The position numbers and the translations under genes were made by a program. Positions 30,001 to 45,000 of a stretch of 64,000 nt of DNA are shown one piece after another (position 1 is the first letter of the stretch; every line of letters begins with the position of its first letter). The DNA is from Squalus acanthias (taxonomy: Eukaryota). The notes under the pieces were generated by a model that made no database searches, was not told the origin of the DNA, and worked only from the letters and a program-made list of their open reading frames with translations. The stretch covers positions 26,786,001 to 26,850,000 of the forward strand of contig CM059432.1 of the NCBI GenBank assembly GCA_030390025.1. Reading direction: 5' to 3'.

Positions 30001-33000
30001 CAGTTAAATAGAACATTGACAGACACAGTTAAATAGAACATTGACAGCACAGTTAAATAGAACATTGACAGACACTGTTAAATAGACCATTGACAGGCAC
30101 AGTTAAATAGAACATTGACAGGCACAGTTAAATAGATCATTTTCAGACACAGTTAAATAGACCTTTGACAGGCCCAGTTAAGTGGAACATTGACAGACAC
30201 TGTTAAATAGACCATTGACAGGCACAGTTAAATAGAACATTGACAGACACAGTTAAAAAGAACATTGATAAGCACAGTTAAATAGATCATTGACAGGCCC
30301 AGTTAAATACAACATTGACAAGCACAGTTGAACAGACCTTTGACAGGCACAGTTAAATAGACTTTGACAGACACAGTTAAATAGAACATTAACAGGCACA
30401 GTTAAATAGACTTTGACAGACACAGTTAAATAGAACATTGACAGGCACAGTTAAATAGACTTTGACAGACACAGTTAAATAGAACATTGACAGGCACAGT
30501 TAAATAGACTTTGACAGACACAGTTAAACGAATCATTGACAGGCACAGTTAAATAAAACATTGACAGGCACAGTTAAATAGACCATTGACAGGCACAGTT
30601 AAATAGACTTTGACAGGCACAGTTAAATAGAACATTGACAGACACAGTTAAATAGACCTTTGACAGGAACAGTTAAATAGAACATTGACAGGCACAGTTA
30701 AATAGAACATTGACAGGCACAGTTAAATAGAACATTGACAGGCACAGTTAAATAGAACATTGACAGGCACAGTTAAATAGACCTTTGACAGGCACAGTTA
30801 AATAGAACATTGACAGGCACAGTTAAATAGAACATTGACAGGCACAGTTAAATAGATCATTGACAGACACAGTTAAATAGAACATTGACAGACACAGTTA
30901 AATAGACATTGTCAGGCACAGTTAAATAGAACATTGACAGGCACAGTTAAATAGAACATTGACAGGCACAGTTAAATAGACATTGACAGGCACAGTTAAA
31001 TAGATCATTGACAGACACAGTTAAATAGAACATTGACAGACACAGTTAAATAGAACATTGACAGGCACAGTTAAATAGACCTTTGACAGGCACAGTTAAA
31101 TAGAACACTGACAGGCACTGTTAAATAGACTTTGTCAGGCACAGTTAAATAGATCATTGTCAGGCACAGTTAAATAGAACATTGACAGACACAGTTAAAT
31201 AGAACAGTGACAGACACAGTTAAATAGAACATTGACAGGCACAGTTAAATAGAACATTGACAGGCACAGTTAAATAGACCTTTGACAGGCACAGTTAAAT
31301 AGACCTTGACAGACACAGTTAAAAAGAACATTAACAGGCACAGTTAAATAGACTTTGACAGACACAGTTAAATAGAACATTGACAGGCACAGTTAAATAG
31401 ACTTTGACAGACACAGTTAAATAGAACATTGACAGGCACAGTTAAATAGACTTTGACAGACACAGTTAAACGAATCATTGACAGGCACAGTTAAATAAAA
31501 CATTGACAGGCCCAGTTAAACAGAGCATTGACAGGCACAGTTAAATAGAACATTGACAGACACAGTTAAATAGACCTTTGACAGGAACAGTTAAATAGAA
31601 CATTGACAGGCACAGTTAAATAGAACATTGACAGGCACAGTTAAATAGAACATTGACAGGCACAGTTAAATGGAACATTGACAGGCACAGTTAAATAGAC
31701 CTTTGACAAGCACAGTTAAATAGAACATTGACAGGCACAGTTAAATAGAACATTGACAGGCACAGTTAAATCGATCATTGACAGACACAGTTAAATAGAA
31801 CATTGACAGACACAGTTAAATAGACTTTGTCAGGCACAGTTAAATAGAACATTGACAGGCACAGTTAAATAGAACATTGACAGGCACAGTTAAATAGACC
31901 TTTGACAGGCACAGTTAAATAGATCATTGACAGACACAGTTAAACAGACTTTGTCAGGCACAGATACATAGAACATTGACAGGCACAGTTAAATAGAACA
32001 TTGACAGACAAAGTTAAATAGACATTGACAGGCACAGTTAAATAGAACATTGACAGACACAGTTAAATAGACTTTGTCAGGCACAGTTAAATAGAACATT
32101 GACAGGCACTGTTAAATAGACTTTGTCAGGCACAGTTAAATAGAACATTGTCAGGCACAGTTAAATAGAACATTGACAGACACAGTGAAATAGAATATTG
32201 ACAGGCACAGTTATATAGAACATTGACAGGCCCATTTAAATAGTCCATTGACAGGCACAGTTAAATAGACCATTGACAGGCACAGTTAAATAGATCATTG
32301 ACAAATCAGTTAAATAGATCATTGGCAGGCACATTTATATTGGCCTTTGAGAGGCACAGTTAAATAGACCTTTGACAGGCCCAGTTAAGTGGAACATTGA
32401 CAGACACTGTTAAAGAGACCATTGACAGGCACAGTTAAATAGAACATTGACAGACACAGTTAAAAAGAACATTGATAAGCACAGTTAAATAGATCATTGA
32501 CAGGCCCAGTTAAATAGACCATTGACAGGCACAGTTAAATAGATCATTGACAGGCCCAGTTAAATAGAACATTCACAGACACAGTTAAATCGAACATTGA
32601 CAGACACAGATTAATAGACCATTGACAGGAATAGTTAAATAGAACATTGACAAGCACAGTTAAACAGACCTTTGACAGGGAATGTTAAATAGACCATTGA
32701 CAGGCACAGTTAAATAGAACATTGACAGGCACAGTTAAAAAGAACATTGACAAGCACAGTTAAATAGACCTTTGACAGGCACAGTTAAATAGATCATTGA
32801 CAAATCAGTTAAATAGATCATTGACAGGCACATTTATATTGGCCTTTGAGAGGCACAGTTAAATAGATCATTGACAGACACAGTTAAATAGATCAGTGAC
32901 AGGCACAGTTAAGTGGAACATTGACAGACACTGTTAAAGAGACCATTGACAGGCACAGTTAAATAGAACATTGACAGGCACAGGTAAATAGATCATTTTC

Positions 33001-36000
33001 AGACACAGTTAAATAGACCTTTGACAGGCCCAGTTAAGTGGAACATTGACAGACACTGTTAAATAGACCATTGACAGGCACAGTTAAATAGAACATTGAC
33101 AGACACAGTTAAAAAGAACATTGATAAGCACAGTTAAATAGATCATTGACAGGCCCAGTTAAATACAACATTGACAAGCACAGTTAAACAGACCTTTGAA
33201 AGGCACAGTTAAATAGACTTTGACAGACACAGTTAAATAGAACATTAACAGGCACAGTTAAATAGACTTTGACAGACACAGTTAAATAGAACATTGACAG
33301 GCACAGTTAAATAGACTTTGACAGACACAGTTAAATAGAACATTGACAGGCACAGTTAAATAGACTTTGACAGACACAGTTAAACGAATCATTGACAGGC
33401 ACAGTTAAATAAAACATTGACAGGCCCAGTTAAATAGAGCATTGACAGGCACAGTTAAATAGACCTTTGACAGGCACAGTTAAATAGAACATTCACAGAC
33501 ACAGTTAAATAGACCTTTGACAGGAACAGTTAAATAGAACATTGACAGGCACAGTTAAATAGAACATTGACAGGCACAGTTAAATAGAACATTGACAGGC
33601 ACAGTTAAATGGAACATTGACAGGCACAGTTAAATAGACCTTTGACAGGCACAGTTAAATAGAACATTGACAGGCACAGTTAAATAGAACATTGACAGCC
33701 ACAATTAAATAGATCATTGACAGACACAGTTAAATAGAACATTGACAGACACAGTTAAATAGACTTTGTCAGGCACAGTTAAATAGAACATTGACAGGCA
33801 CAGTTAAATAGAACATTGACAGGCACAGTTAAATAGACCTTTGACAGGCACAGTTAAATAGATCATTGACAGACACAGTTAAATAGAACATTGACAGACA
33901 CAGTTAAATAGAACATTGACAGGCACAGTTAAATAGACCTTTGACAGGCACAGTTAAATAGAACACTGACAGGCACTGCTAAATAGACTTTGTCAGGCAC
34001 AGTTAAATAGATCATTGTCAGGCACAGTTAAATAGAACATTGACAGACACAGTTAAATAGAACAGTGACAGACACAGTTAAATAGAACATTGACAGGCAC
34101 AGTTAAATAGAACATTGACAGGCACAGTTAAATAGACCTTTGACAGGCACAGTTAAATAGAACATTGACAGGCACTGTTAAATTGACTTTGTCAGGCACA
34201 GTTAAATAGAACATTGACAGGCACAGTTAAATAGAACATTGACAGGCACAGTTAAATAGAACATTGACAGGCACAGTTAAATAGAACATTGACAGGCACA
34301 GTTAAATAGAACATTGTCAGGCACAGTTAAATAGACCATTGACAGGCACAGTTAAATAGAACATTGACAGGCACAGTTAAATAGAACATTGACAGACACA
34401 GTTAAATAGAACATTGACAGGCACAGTTAAATAGAACATTAACAGGCACAGTTCAATAGACTTTGACAGACACAGTTAAATAGAACATTAACAGGCACAG
34501 TTAAATAGAACATTGACAGGCACAGTTAAATAGAACATTGACAGACACAGTTAAATAGAACATTGACAGGCACAGTTAAATAGAACATTGACAGACACAG
34601 TTAAATAGAACATTGACAGGCACAGTTAAATAGACTTTGACAGACACAGTTAAATAGAACATTAACAGGCACAGTTAAATAGACTTTGACAGACACAGTT
34701 AAATAGAACATTAACAGGCACAGTTAAATAGAACATTGACAGGCACAGTTAAATAGAACATTGACAGACACAGTTAAATAGAACATTGACAGGCACAGTT
34801 AAATAGACCTTGACAGACACAGTTAAATAGAACATTAACAGGCACAGTTAAATAGACTTTGACAGACACAGTTAAATAGAACATTGACAGGCACAGTTAA
34901 ATAGACTTTGACAGACACAGTTAACTAGAACATTGACAGGCACAGTTAAATAGACTTTGACAGACACAGTTAAACGAATCATTGACAGGCACAGTTAAAT
35001 AAAACATTGACAGGCCCAGTTAAACAGAGCATTGACAGGCACAGTTAAATAGACCTTTGACAGGCACAGTTAAATAGACTTTGACAGACACAGTTAAATA
35101 GACCTTTGACAGGAACAGTTAAATAGAACATTAACAGGCACAGTTAAATAGAACATTGACAGGCACAGTTAAATAGAACATTGACAGGCACAGTTAAATG
35201 GAACATTGACAGGCACAGTTAAATAGACCTTTGACAGGCACAGTTAAATAGATCATTGACAGACACAGTTAAATAGAACATTGACAGACACAGTTAAATA
35301 GACTTTGTCAGGCACAGTTAAATAGAACATTGACAGGCACAGTTAAATAGAACATTGACAGGCACAGTTAAATAGACCTTTGACAGGCACAGTTAAATAG
35401 ATCATCGACAGACACAGTTAAATAGAACATTGACAGACACAGTTAAACAGACTTTGTCAGGCACAGATAAATAGAACATTGACAGGCACAGTTAAATAGA
35501 ACATTTACAGGCACAGTTAAATAGAACATTGACAGACAAAGTTAAATAGACCTTTGACAGGCACAGTTAAATAGAACATTGACAGACACAGTTAAATAGA
35601 CTTTGTCAGGCACAGTTAAATAGAACATTGACAGGCACAGTTAAATAGAACATTGACAGGCACAGTTAAATAGATCTTTGACAGGCACAGTTAAATCGAA
35701 CATTGACAGGCACTGTTAAATAGACTTTGTCAGGCACGGTTAAATAGAACATTGTCAGTCACAGTTAAATAGAACATTGACAGACACAGTTAAATAGAAC
35801 AGTGACAGACACAGTTAAATAGAACATTGACAGGCACAGTTAAATAGAACATTGACAGGCACAGTTAAATAGACCTTTGACAGGCACAGTTAAATAGAAC
35901 ATTGACAGGCACTGTTAAATAGACTTTGTCAGGCACAGTTAAATAGAACATTGACAGGCACAGTTGAATAGAACATTGACAGGCACAGTTAAATAGAACA

Positions 36001-39000
36001 TTGACAGGCACAGTGAAATAGAACATTGACAGGCACAGTTAAATAGACCATTGACAGACACAGTTAAATAGAACATTGACAGGCACAGTTAAATAGATCA
36101 TTGACAGACACAGTGAAATAGAACATTGACCGGCACAGTTAAATAGTCCATTGACAGGCACAGTTAAATAGACCATTGACAGGCACAGTTAAATAGACCT
36201 TTGACAGGCACAGTTATATAGAACATTGACAGGCCCAGTTAAATAGTCCATTGACAGGCACAGTTAAATAGACCATTGACAGGCACAGTTAAATAGACCA
36301 TTGACAGGCACAGTTAAATAGATCATTGACAGACACAGTTAAATAGATCAGTGACAGGCACAGTTAAGTGGAACATTGACAGACACTGTTAAAGAGACCA
36401 TTGACAGGCACAGTTAAATAGAACATTGACAGGCACAGTTAAATAGATCATTTTCAGACACAGTTAAATAGACCTTTGACAGGCCCAGTTAAGTGGAACA
36501 TTGACAGACACTGTTAAATAGACCATTGACAGGCACAGTTAAATAGAACATTGACAGACACAGTTAAAAAGAACATTGATAAGCACAGTTAAATAGATCA
36601 TTGACAGGCCCAGTTAAATACAACATTGACAAGCACAGTTGAACAGACCTTTGACAGGCACAGTTAAATAGACTTTGACAGACACAGTTAAATAGAACAT
36701 TAACAGGCACAGTTAAATAGACTTTGACAGACACAGTTAAATAGAACATTGACAGGCACAGTTAAATAGACTTTGACAGACACAGTTAAATAGAACATTG
36801 ACAGGCACAGTTAAATAGACTTTGACAGACACAGTTAAACGAATCATTGACAGGCACAGTTAAATAAAACATTGACAGGCCCAGTTAAATAGAGCATTGA
36901 CAGGCACAGTTAAATAGACCTTTGACAGGCACAGTTAAATAGAACATTCACAGACACAGTTAAATAGACCTTTGACAGGAACAGTTAAATAGAACATTGA
37001 CAGGCACAGTTAAATAGAACATTGACAGGCACAGTTAAATAGAACATTGACAGGCACAGTTAAATGGAACATTGACAGGCACAGTTAAATAGACCTTTGA
37101 CAGGCACAGTTAAATAGAACATTGACAGGCACAGTTAAATAGAACATTGACAGCCACAATTAAATAGATCATTGACAGACACAGTTAAATAGAACATTGA
37201 CAGACACAGTTAAATAGACTTTGTCAGGCACAGTTAAATAGAACATTGACAGGCACAGTTAAATAGAACATTGACAGGCACAGTTAAATAGACCTTTGAC
37301 AGGCACAGTTAAATAGATCATTGACAGACACAGTTAAATAGAACATTGACAGACACAGTTAAATAGAACATTGACAGGCACAGTTAAATAGACCTTTGAC
37401 AGGCACAGTTAAATAGAACACTGACAGGCACTGTTAAATAGACTTTGTCAGGCACAGTTAAATAGATCATTGTCAGGCACAGTTAAATAGAACATTGACA
37501 GACACAGTTAAATAGAACAGTGACAGACACAGTTAAATAGAACATTGACAGGCACAGTTAAATAGAACATTGACAGGCACAGTTAAATAGACCTTTGACA
37601 GGCACAGTTAAATAGACCTTGACAGACACAGTTAAATAGAACATTAACAGGCACAGTTAAATAGACTTTGACAGACACAGTTAAATAGAACATTGACAGG
37701 CACAGTTAAATAGACTTTGACAGACACAGTTAAATAGAACATTGACAGGCACAGTTAAATAGACTTTGACAGACACAGTTAAACGAATCATTGACAGGCA
37801 CAGTTAAATAAAACATTGACAGGCCCAGTTAAACAGAGCATTGACAGGCACAGTTAAATAGAACATTGACAGACACAGTTAAATAGACCTTTGACAGGAA
37901 CAGTTAAATAGAACATTGACAGGCACAGTTAAATAGAACATTGACAGGCACAGTTAAATAGAACATTGACAGGCACAGTTAAATGGAACATTGACAGGCA
38001 CAGTTAAATAGACCTTTGACAAGCACAGTTAAATAGAACATTGACAGACACAGTTAAATAGAACATTGACAGGCACAGTTAAATAGACCTTTGACAGGCA
38101 CAGTTAAATAGAACACTGACAGGCACTGTTAAATAGACTTTGTCAGGCACAGTTAAATAGATCATTGTCAGGCACAGTTAAATAGAACATTGACAGACAC
38201 AGTTAAATAGAACAGTGACAGACACAGTTAAATAGAACATTGACAGGCACAGTTAAATAGAACATTGACAGGCACAGTTAAATAGACCTTTGACAGGCAC
38301 AGTTAAATAGACCTTGACAGACACAGTTAAATAGAACATTAACAGGCACAGTTAAATAGACTTTGACAGACACAGTTAAATAGAACATTGACAGGCACAG
38401 TTAAATAGACTTTGACAGACACAGTTAAATAGAACATTGACAGGCACAGTTAAATAGACTTTGACAGACACAGTTAAACGAATCATTGACAGGCACAGTT
38501 AAATAAAACATTGACAGGCCCAGTTAAACAGAGCATTGACAGGCACAGTTAAATAGAACATTGACAGACACAGTTAAATAGACCTTTGACAGGAACAGTT
38601 AAATAGAACATTGACAGGCACAGTTAAATAGAACATTGACAGGCACAGTTAAATAGAACATTGACAGGCACAGTTAAATGGAACATTGACAGGCACAGTT
38701 AAATAGACCTTTGACAAGCACAGTTAAATAGAACATTGACAGGCACAGTTAAATAGAACATTGACAGGCACAGTTAAATCGATCATTGACAGACACAGTT
38801 AAATAGAACATTGACAGACACAGTTAAATAGACTTTGTCAGGCACAGTTAAATAGAACATTGACAGGCACAGTTAAATAGAACATTGACAGGCACAGTTA
38901 AATAGACCTTTGACAGGCACAGTTAAATAGATCATTGACAGACACAGTTAAACAGACTTTGTCAGGCACAGATACATAGAACATTGACAGGCACAGTTAA

Positions 39001-42000
39001 ATAGAACATTGACAGACAAAGTTAAATAGACCTTTGACAGGCACAGTTAAATAGAACATTGACAGACACAGTTAAATAGACTTTGTCAGGCACAGTTAAA
39101 TAGAACATTGACAGGCACTGTTAAATAGACTTTGTCAGGCACAGTTAAATAGAACATTGTCAGGCACAGTTAAATAGAACATTGACAGACACAGTGAAAT
39201 AGAATATTGACAGGCACAGTTATATAGAACATTGACAGGCCCATTTAAATAGTCCATTGACAGGCACAGTTAAATAGACCATTGACAGGCACAGTTAAAT
39301 AGATCATTGACAAATCAGTTAAATAGATCATTGGCAGGCACATTTATATTGGCCTTTGAGAGGCACAGTTAAATAGACCTTTGACAGGCCCAGTTAAGTG
39401 GAACATTGACAGACACTGTTAAAGAGACCATTGACAGGCACAGTTAAATAGAACATTGACAGACACAGTTAAAAAGAACATTGATAAGCACAGTTAAATA
39501 GATCATTGACAGGCCCAGTTAAATAGACCATTGACAGGCACAGTTAAATAGATCATTGACAGGCCCAGTTAAATAGAACATTCACAGACACAGTTAAATC
39601 GAACATTGACAGACACAGATTAATAGACCATTGACAGGAATAGTTAAATAGAACATTGACAAGCACAGTTAAACAGACCTTTGACAGGGAATGTTAAATA
39701 GACCATTGACAGGCACAGTTAAATAGAACATTGACAGGCACAGTTAAAAAGAACATTGACAAGCACAGTTAAATAGACCTTTGACAGGCACAGTTAAATA
39801 GATCATTGACAAATCAGTTAAATAGATCATTGACAGGCACATTTATATTGGCCTTTGAGAGGCACAGTTAAATAGATCATTGACAGACACAGTTAAATAG
39901 ATCAGTGACAGGCACAGTTAAGTGGAACATTGACAGACACTGTTAAAGAGACCATTGACAGGCACAGTTAAATAGAACATTGACAGGCACAGGTAAATAG
40001 ATCATTTTCAGACACAGTTAAATAGACCTTTGACAGGCCCAGTTAAGTGGAACATTGACAGACACTGTTAAATAGACCATTGACAGGCACAGTTAAATAG
40101 AACATTGACAGACACAGTTAAATAGAACATTGACAGGCACAGTTAAATAGACCTTTGACAGGCACAGTTAAATAGATCATTGACAGACACAGTTAAATAG
40201 AACATTGACAGACACAGTTAAATAGAACATTGACAGGCACAGTTAAATAGACCTTTGACAGGCACAGTTAAATAGAACACTGACAGGCACTGTTAAATAG
40301 ACTTTGTCAGGCACAGTTAAATAGATCATTGTCAGGCACAGTTAAATAGAACATTGACAGACACAGTTAAATAGAACAGTGACAGACACAGTTAAATAGA
40401 ACATTGACAGGCACAGTTAAATAGAACATTGACAGGCACAGTTAAATAGACCTTTGACAGGCACAGTTAAATAGACCTTGACAGACACAGTTAAATAGAA
40501 CATTAACAGGCACAGTTAAACAGACTTTGACAGACACAGTTAAATAGAACATTGACAGGCACAGTTAAATAGACTTTGACAGACACAGTTAAATAGAACA
40601 TTGACAGGCACAGTTAAATAGACTTTGACAGACACAGTTAAACGAATCATTGACAGGCACAGTTAAATAAAACATTGACAGGCCCAGTTAAACAGAGCAT
40701 TGACAGGCACAGTTAAATAGAACATTGACAGACACAGTTAAATAGACCTTTGACAGGAACAGTTAAATAGAACATTGACAGGCACAGTTAAATAGAACAT
40801 TGACAGGCACAGTTAAATAGAACATTGACAGGCACAGTTAAATGGAACATTGACAGGCACAGTTAAATAGACCTTTGACAAGCACAGTTAAATAGAACAT
40901 TGACAGACACAGTTAAATAGAACATTGACAGGCACAGTTAAATAGACCTTTGACAGGCACAGTTAAATAGAACACTGACAGGCACTGTTAAATAGACTTT
41001 GTCAGGCACAGTTAAATAGATCATTGTCAGGCACAGTTAAATAGAACATTGACAGACACAGTTAAATAGAACAGTGACAGACACAGTTAAATAGAACATT
41101 GACAGGCACAGTTAAATAGAACATTGACAGGCACAGTTAAATAGACCTTTGACAGGCACAGTTAAATAGACCTTGACAGACACAGTTAAATAGAACATTA
41201 ACAGGCACAGTTAAATAGACTTTGACAGACACAGTTAAATAGAACATTGACAGGCACAGTTAAATAGACTTTGACAGACACAGTTAAATAGAACATTGAC
41301 AGGCACAGTTAAATAGACTTTGACAGACACAGTTAAACGAATCATTGACAGGCACAGTTAAATAAAACATTGACAGGCCCAGTTAAACAGAGCATTGACA
41401 GGCACAGTTAAATAGAACATTGACAGACACAGTTAAATAGACCTTTGACAGGAACAGTTAAATAGAACATTGACAGGCACAGTTAAATAGAACATTGACA
41501 GGCACAGTTAAATAGAACATTGACAGGCACAGTTAAATGGAACATTGACAGGCACAGTTAAATAGACCTTTGACAAGCACAGTTAAATAGAACATTGACA
41601 GGCACAGTTAAATAGAACATTGACAGGCACAGTTAAATCGATCATTGACAGACACAGTTAAATAGAACATTGACAGACACAGTTAAATAGACTTTGTCAG
41701 GCACAGTTAAATAGAACATTGACAGGCACAGTTAAATAGAACATTGACAGGCACAGTTAAATAGACCTTTGACAGGCACAGTTAAATAGATCATTGACAG
41801 ACACAGTTAAACAGACTTTGTCAGGCACAGATACATAGAACATTGACAGGCACAGTTAAATAGAACATTGACAGACAAAGTTAAATAGACCTTTGACAGG
41901 CACAGTTAAATAGAACATTGACAGACACAGTTAAATAGACTTTGTCAGGCACAGTTAAATAGAACATTGACAGGCACTGTTAAATAGACTTTGTCAGGCA

Positions 42001-45000
42001 CAGTTAAATAGAACATTGTCAGGCACAGTTAAATAGAACATTGACAGACACAGTGAAATAGAATATTGACAGGCACAGTTATATAGAACATTGACAGGCC
42101 CATTTAAATAGTCCATTGACAGGCACAGTTAAATAGACCATTGACAGGCACAGTTAAATAGATCATTGACAAATCAGTTAAATAGATCATTGGCAGGCAC
42201 ATTTATATTGGCCTTTGAGAGGCACAGTTAAATAGACCTTTGACAGGCCCAGTTAAGTGGAACATTGACAGACACTGTTAAAGAGACCATTGACAGGCAC
42301 AGTTAAATAGAACATTGACAGACACAGTTAAAAAGAACATTGATAAGCACAGTTAAATAGATCATTGACAGGCCCAGTTAAATAGACCATTGACAGGCAC
42401 AGTTAAATAGATCATTGACAGGCCCAGTTAAATAGAACATTCACAGACACAGTTAAATCGAACATTGACAGACACAGATTAATAGACCATTGACAGGAAT
42501 AGTTAAATAGAACATTGACAAGCACAGTTAAACAGACCTTTGACAGGGAATGTTAAATAGACCATTGACAGGCACAGTTAAATAGAACATTGACAGGCAC
42601 AGTTAAAAAGAACATTGACAAGCACAGTTAAATAGACCTTTGACAGGCACAGTTAAATAGATCATTGACAAATCAGTTAAATAGATCATTGACAGGCACA
42701 TTTATATTGGCCTTTGAGAGGCACAGTTAAATAGATCATTGACAGACACAGTTAAATAGATCAGTGACAGGCACAGTTAAGTGGAACATTGACAGACACT
42801 GTTAAAGAGACCATTGACAGGCACAGTTAAATAGAACATTGACAGGCACAGGTAAATAGATCATTTTCAGACACAGTTAAATAGACCTTTGACAGGCCCA
42901 GTTAAGTGGAACATTGACAGACACTGTTAAATAGACCATTGACAGGCACAGTTAAATAGAACATTGACAGACACAGTTAAAAAGAACATTGATAAGCACA
43001 GTTAAATAGATCATTGACAGGCCCAGTTAAATACAACATTGACAAGCACAGTTAAACAGACCTTTGAAAGGCACAGTTAAATAGACTTTGACAGACACAG
43101 TTAAATAGAACATTAACAGGCACAGTTAAATAGACTTTGACAGACACAGTTAAATAGAACATTGACAGGCACAGTTAAATAGACTTTGACAGACACAGTT
43201 AAATAGAACATTGACAGGCACAGTTAAATAGACTTTGACAGACACAGTTAAACGAATCATTGACAGGCACAGTTAAATAAAACATTGACAGGCCCAGTTA
43301 AATAGAGCATTGACAGGCACAGTTAAATAGACCTTTGACAGGCACAGTTAAATAGAACATTCACAGACACAGTTAAATAGACCTTTGACAGGAACAGTTA
43401 AATAGAACATTGACAGGCACAGTTAAATAGAACATTGACAGGCACAGTTAAATAGAACATTGACAGGCACAGTTAAATGGAACATTGACAGGCACAGTTA
43501 AATAGACCTTTGACAGGCACAGTTAAATAGAACATTGACAGGCACAGTTAAATAGAACATTGACAGCCACAATTAAATAGATCATTGACAGACACAGTTA
43601 AATAGAACATTGACAGACACAGTTAAATAGACTTTGTCAGGCACAGTTAAATAGAACATTGACAGGCACAGTTAAATAGAACATTGACAGGCACAGTTAA
43701 ATAGACCTTTGACAGGCACAGTTAAATAGATCATTGACAGACACAGTTAAATAGAACATTGACAGACACAGTTAAATAGAACATTGACAGGCACAGTTAA
43801 ATAGACCTTTGACAGGCACAGTTAAATAGAACACTGACAGGCACTGTTAAATAGACTTTGTCAGGCACAGTTAAATAGATCATTGTCAGGCACAGTTAAA
43901 TAGAACATTGACAGACACAGTTAAATAGAACAGTGACAGACACAGTTAAATAGAACATTGACAGGCACAGTTAAATAGAACATTGACAGGCACAGTTAAA
44001 TAGACCTTTGACAGGCACAGTTAAATAGAACATTGACAGGCACTGTTAAATTGACTTTGTCAGGCACAGTTAAATAGAACATTGACAGGCACAGTTAAAT
44101 AGAACATTGACAGGCACAGTTAAATAGAACATTGACAGGCACAGTTAAATAGAACATTGACAGGCACAGTTAAATAGAACATTGTCAGGCACAGTTAAAT
44201 AGACCATTGACAGGCACAGTTAAATAGAACATTGACAGGCACAGTTAAATAGAACATTGACAGACACAGTTAAATAGAACATTGACAGGCACAGTTAAAT
44301 AGACTTGGACAGACACAGTTAAATAGAACATTAACAGGCACAGTTAAATAGAACTTTGACAGGCACAGTTAAATAGAACATTGACAGACACAGTTAAATA
44401 GAACATTGACAGGCACAGTTAAATAGAACATTGACAGGCACAGTTAAATACAACATTGACAGACACAGTTAAATAGACTTTGACAGACACAGTTAAATAG
44501 AACATTAACAGGCACAGTTAAATAGACTTTGACAGACAAGTTAAATAGAACATTAACAGGCACAGTTAAATAGAACATTGACAGGCACAGTTAAATAGAA
44601 CATTGACAGACACAGTTAAATAGACTTTGACAGACACAGTTAAACGAATCATTGACAGGCACAGTTAAATAAAACATTGACAGGCCCAGTTAAACAGAGC
44701 ATTGACAGGCACAGTTAAATAGAACATTGACAGACACAGTTAAATAGACCTTTGACAGGAACAGTTAAATAGAACATTGACAGGCACAGTTAAATAGAAC
44801 ATTGACAGGCACAGTTAAATAGAACATTGACAGGCACAGTTAAATGGAACATTGACAGGCACAGTTAAATAGACCTTTGACAAGCACAGTTAAATAGAAC
44901 ATTGACAGGCACAGTTAAATAGAACATTGACAGGCACAGTTAAATCGATCATTGACAGACACAGTTAAATAGAACATTGACAGACACAGTTAAATAGACT

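Noticed and set aside
14442..36749. Four short minus-strand ORFs in the satellite (14442, 22850, 30253, 36564)
   Set aside because: Translations of the 25-bp repeat opened by chance indels; no coding signal.
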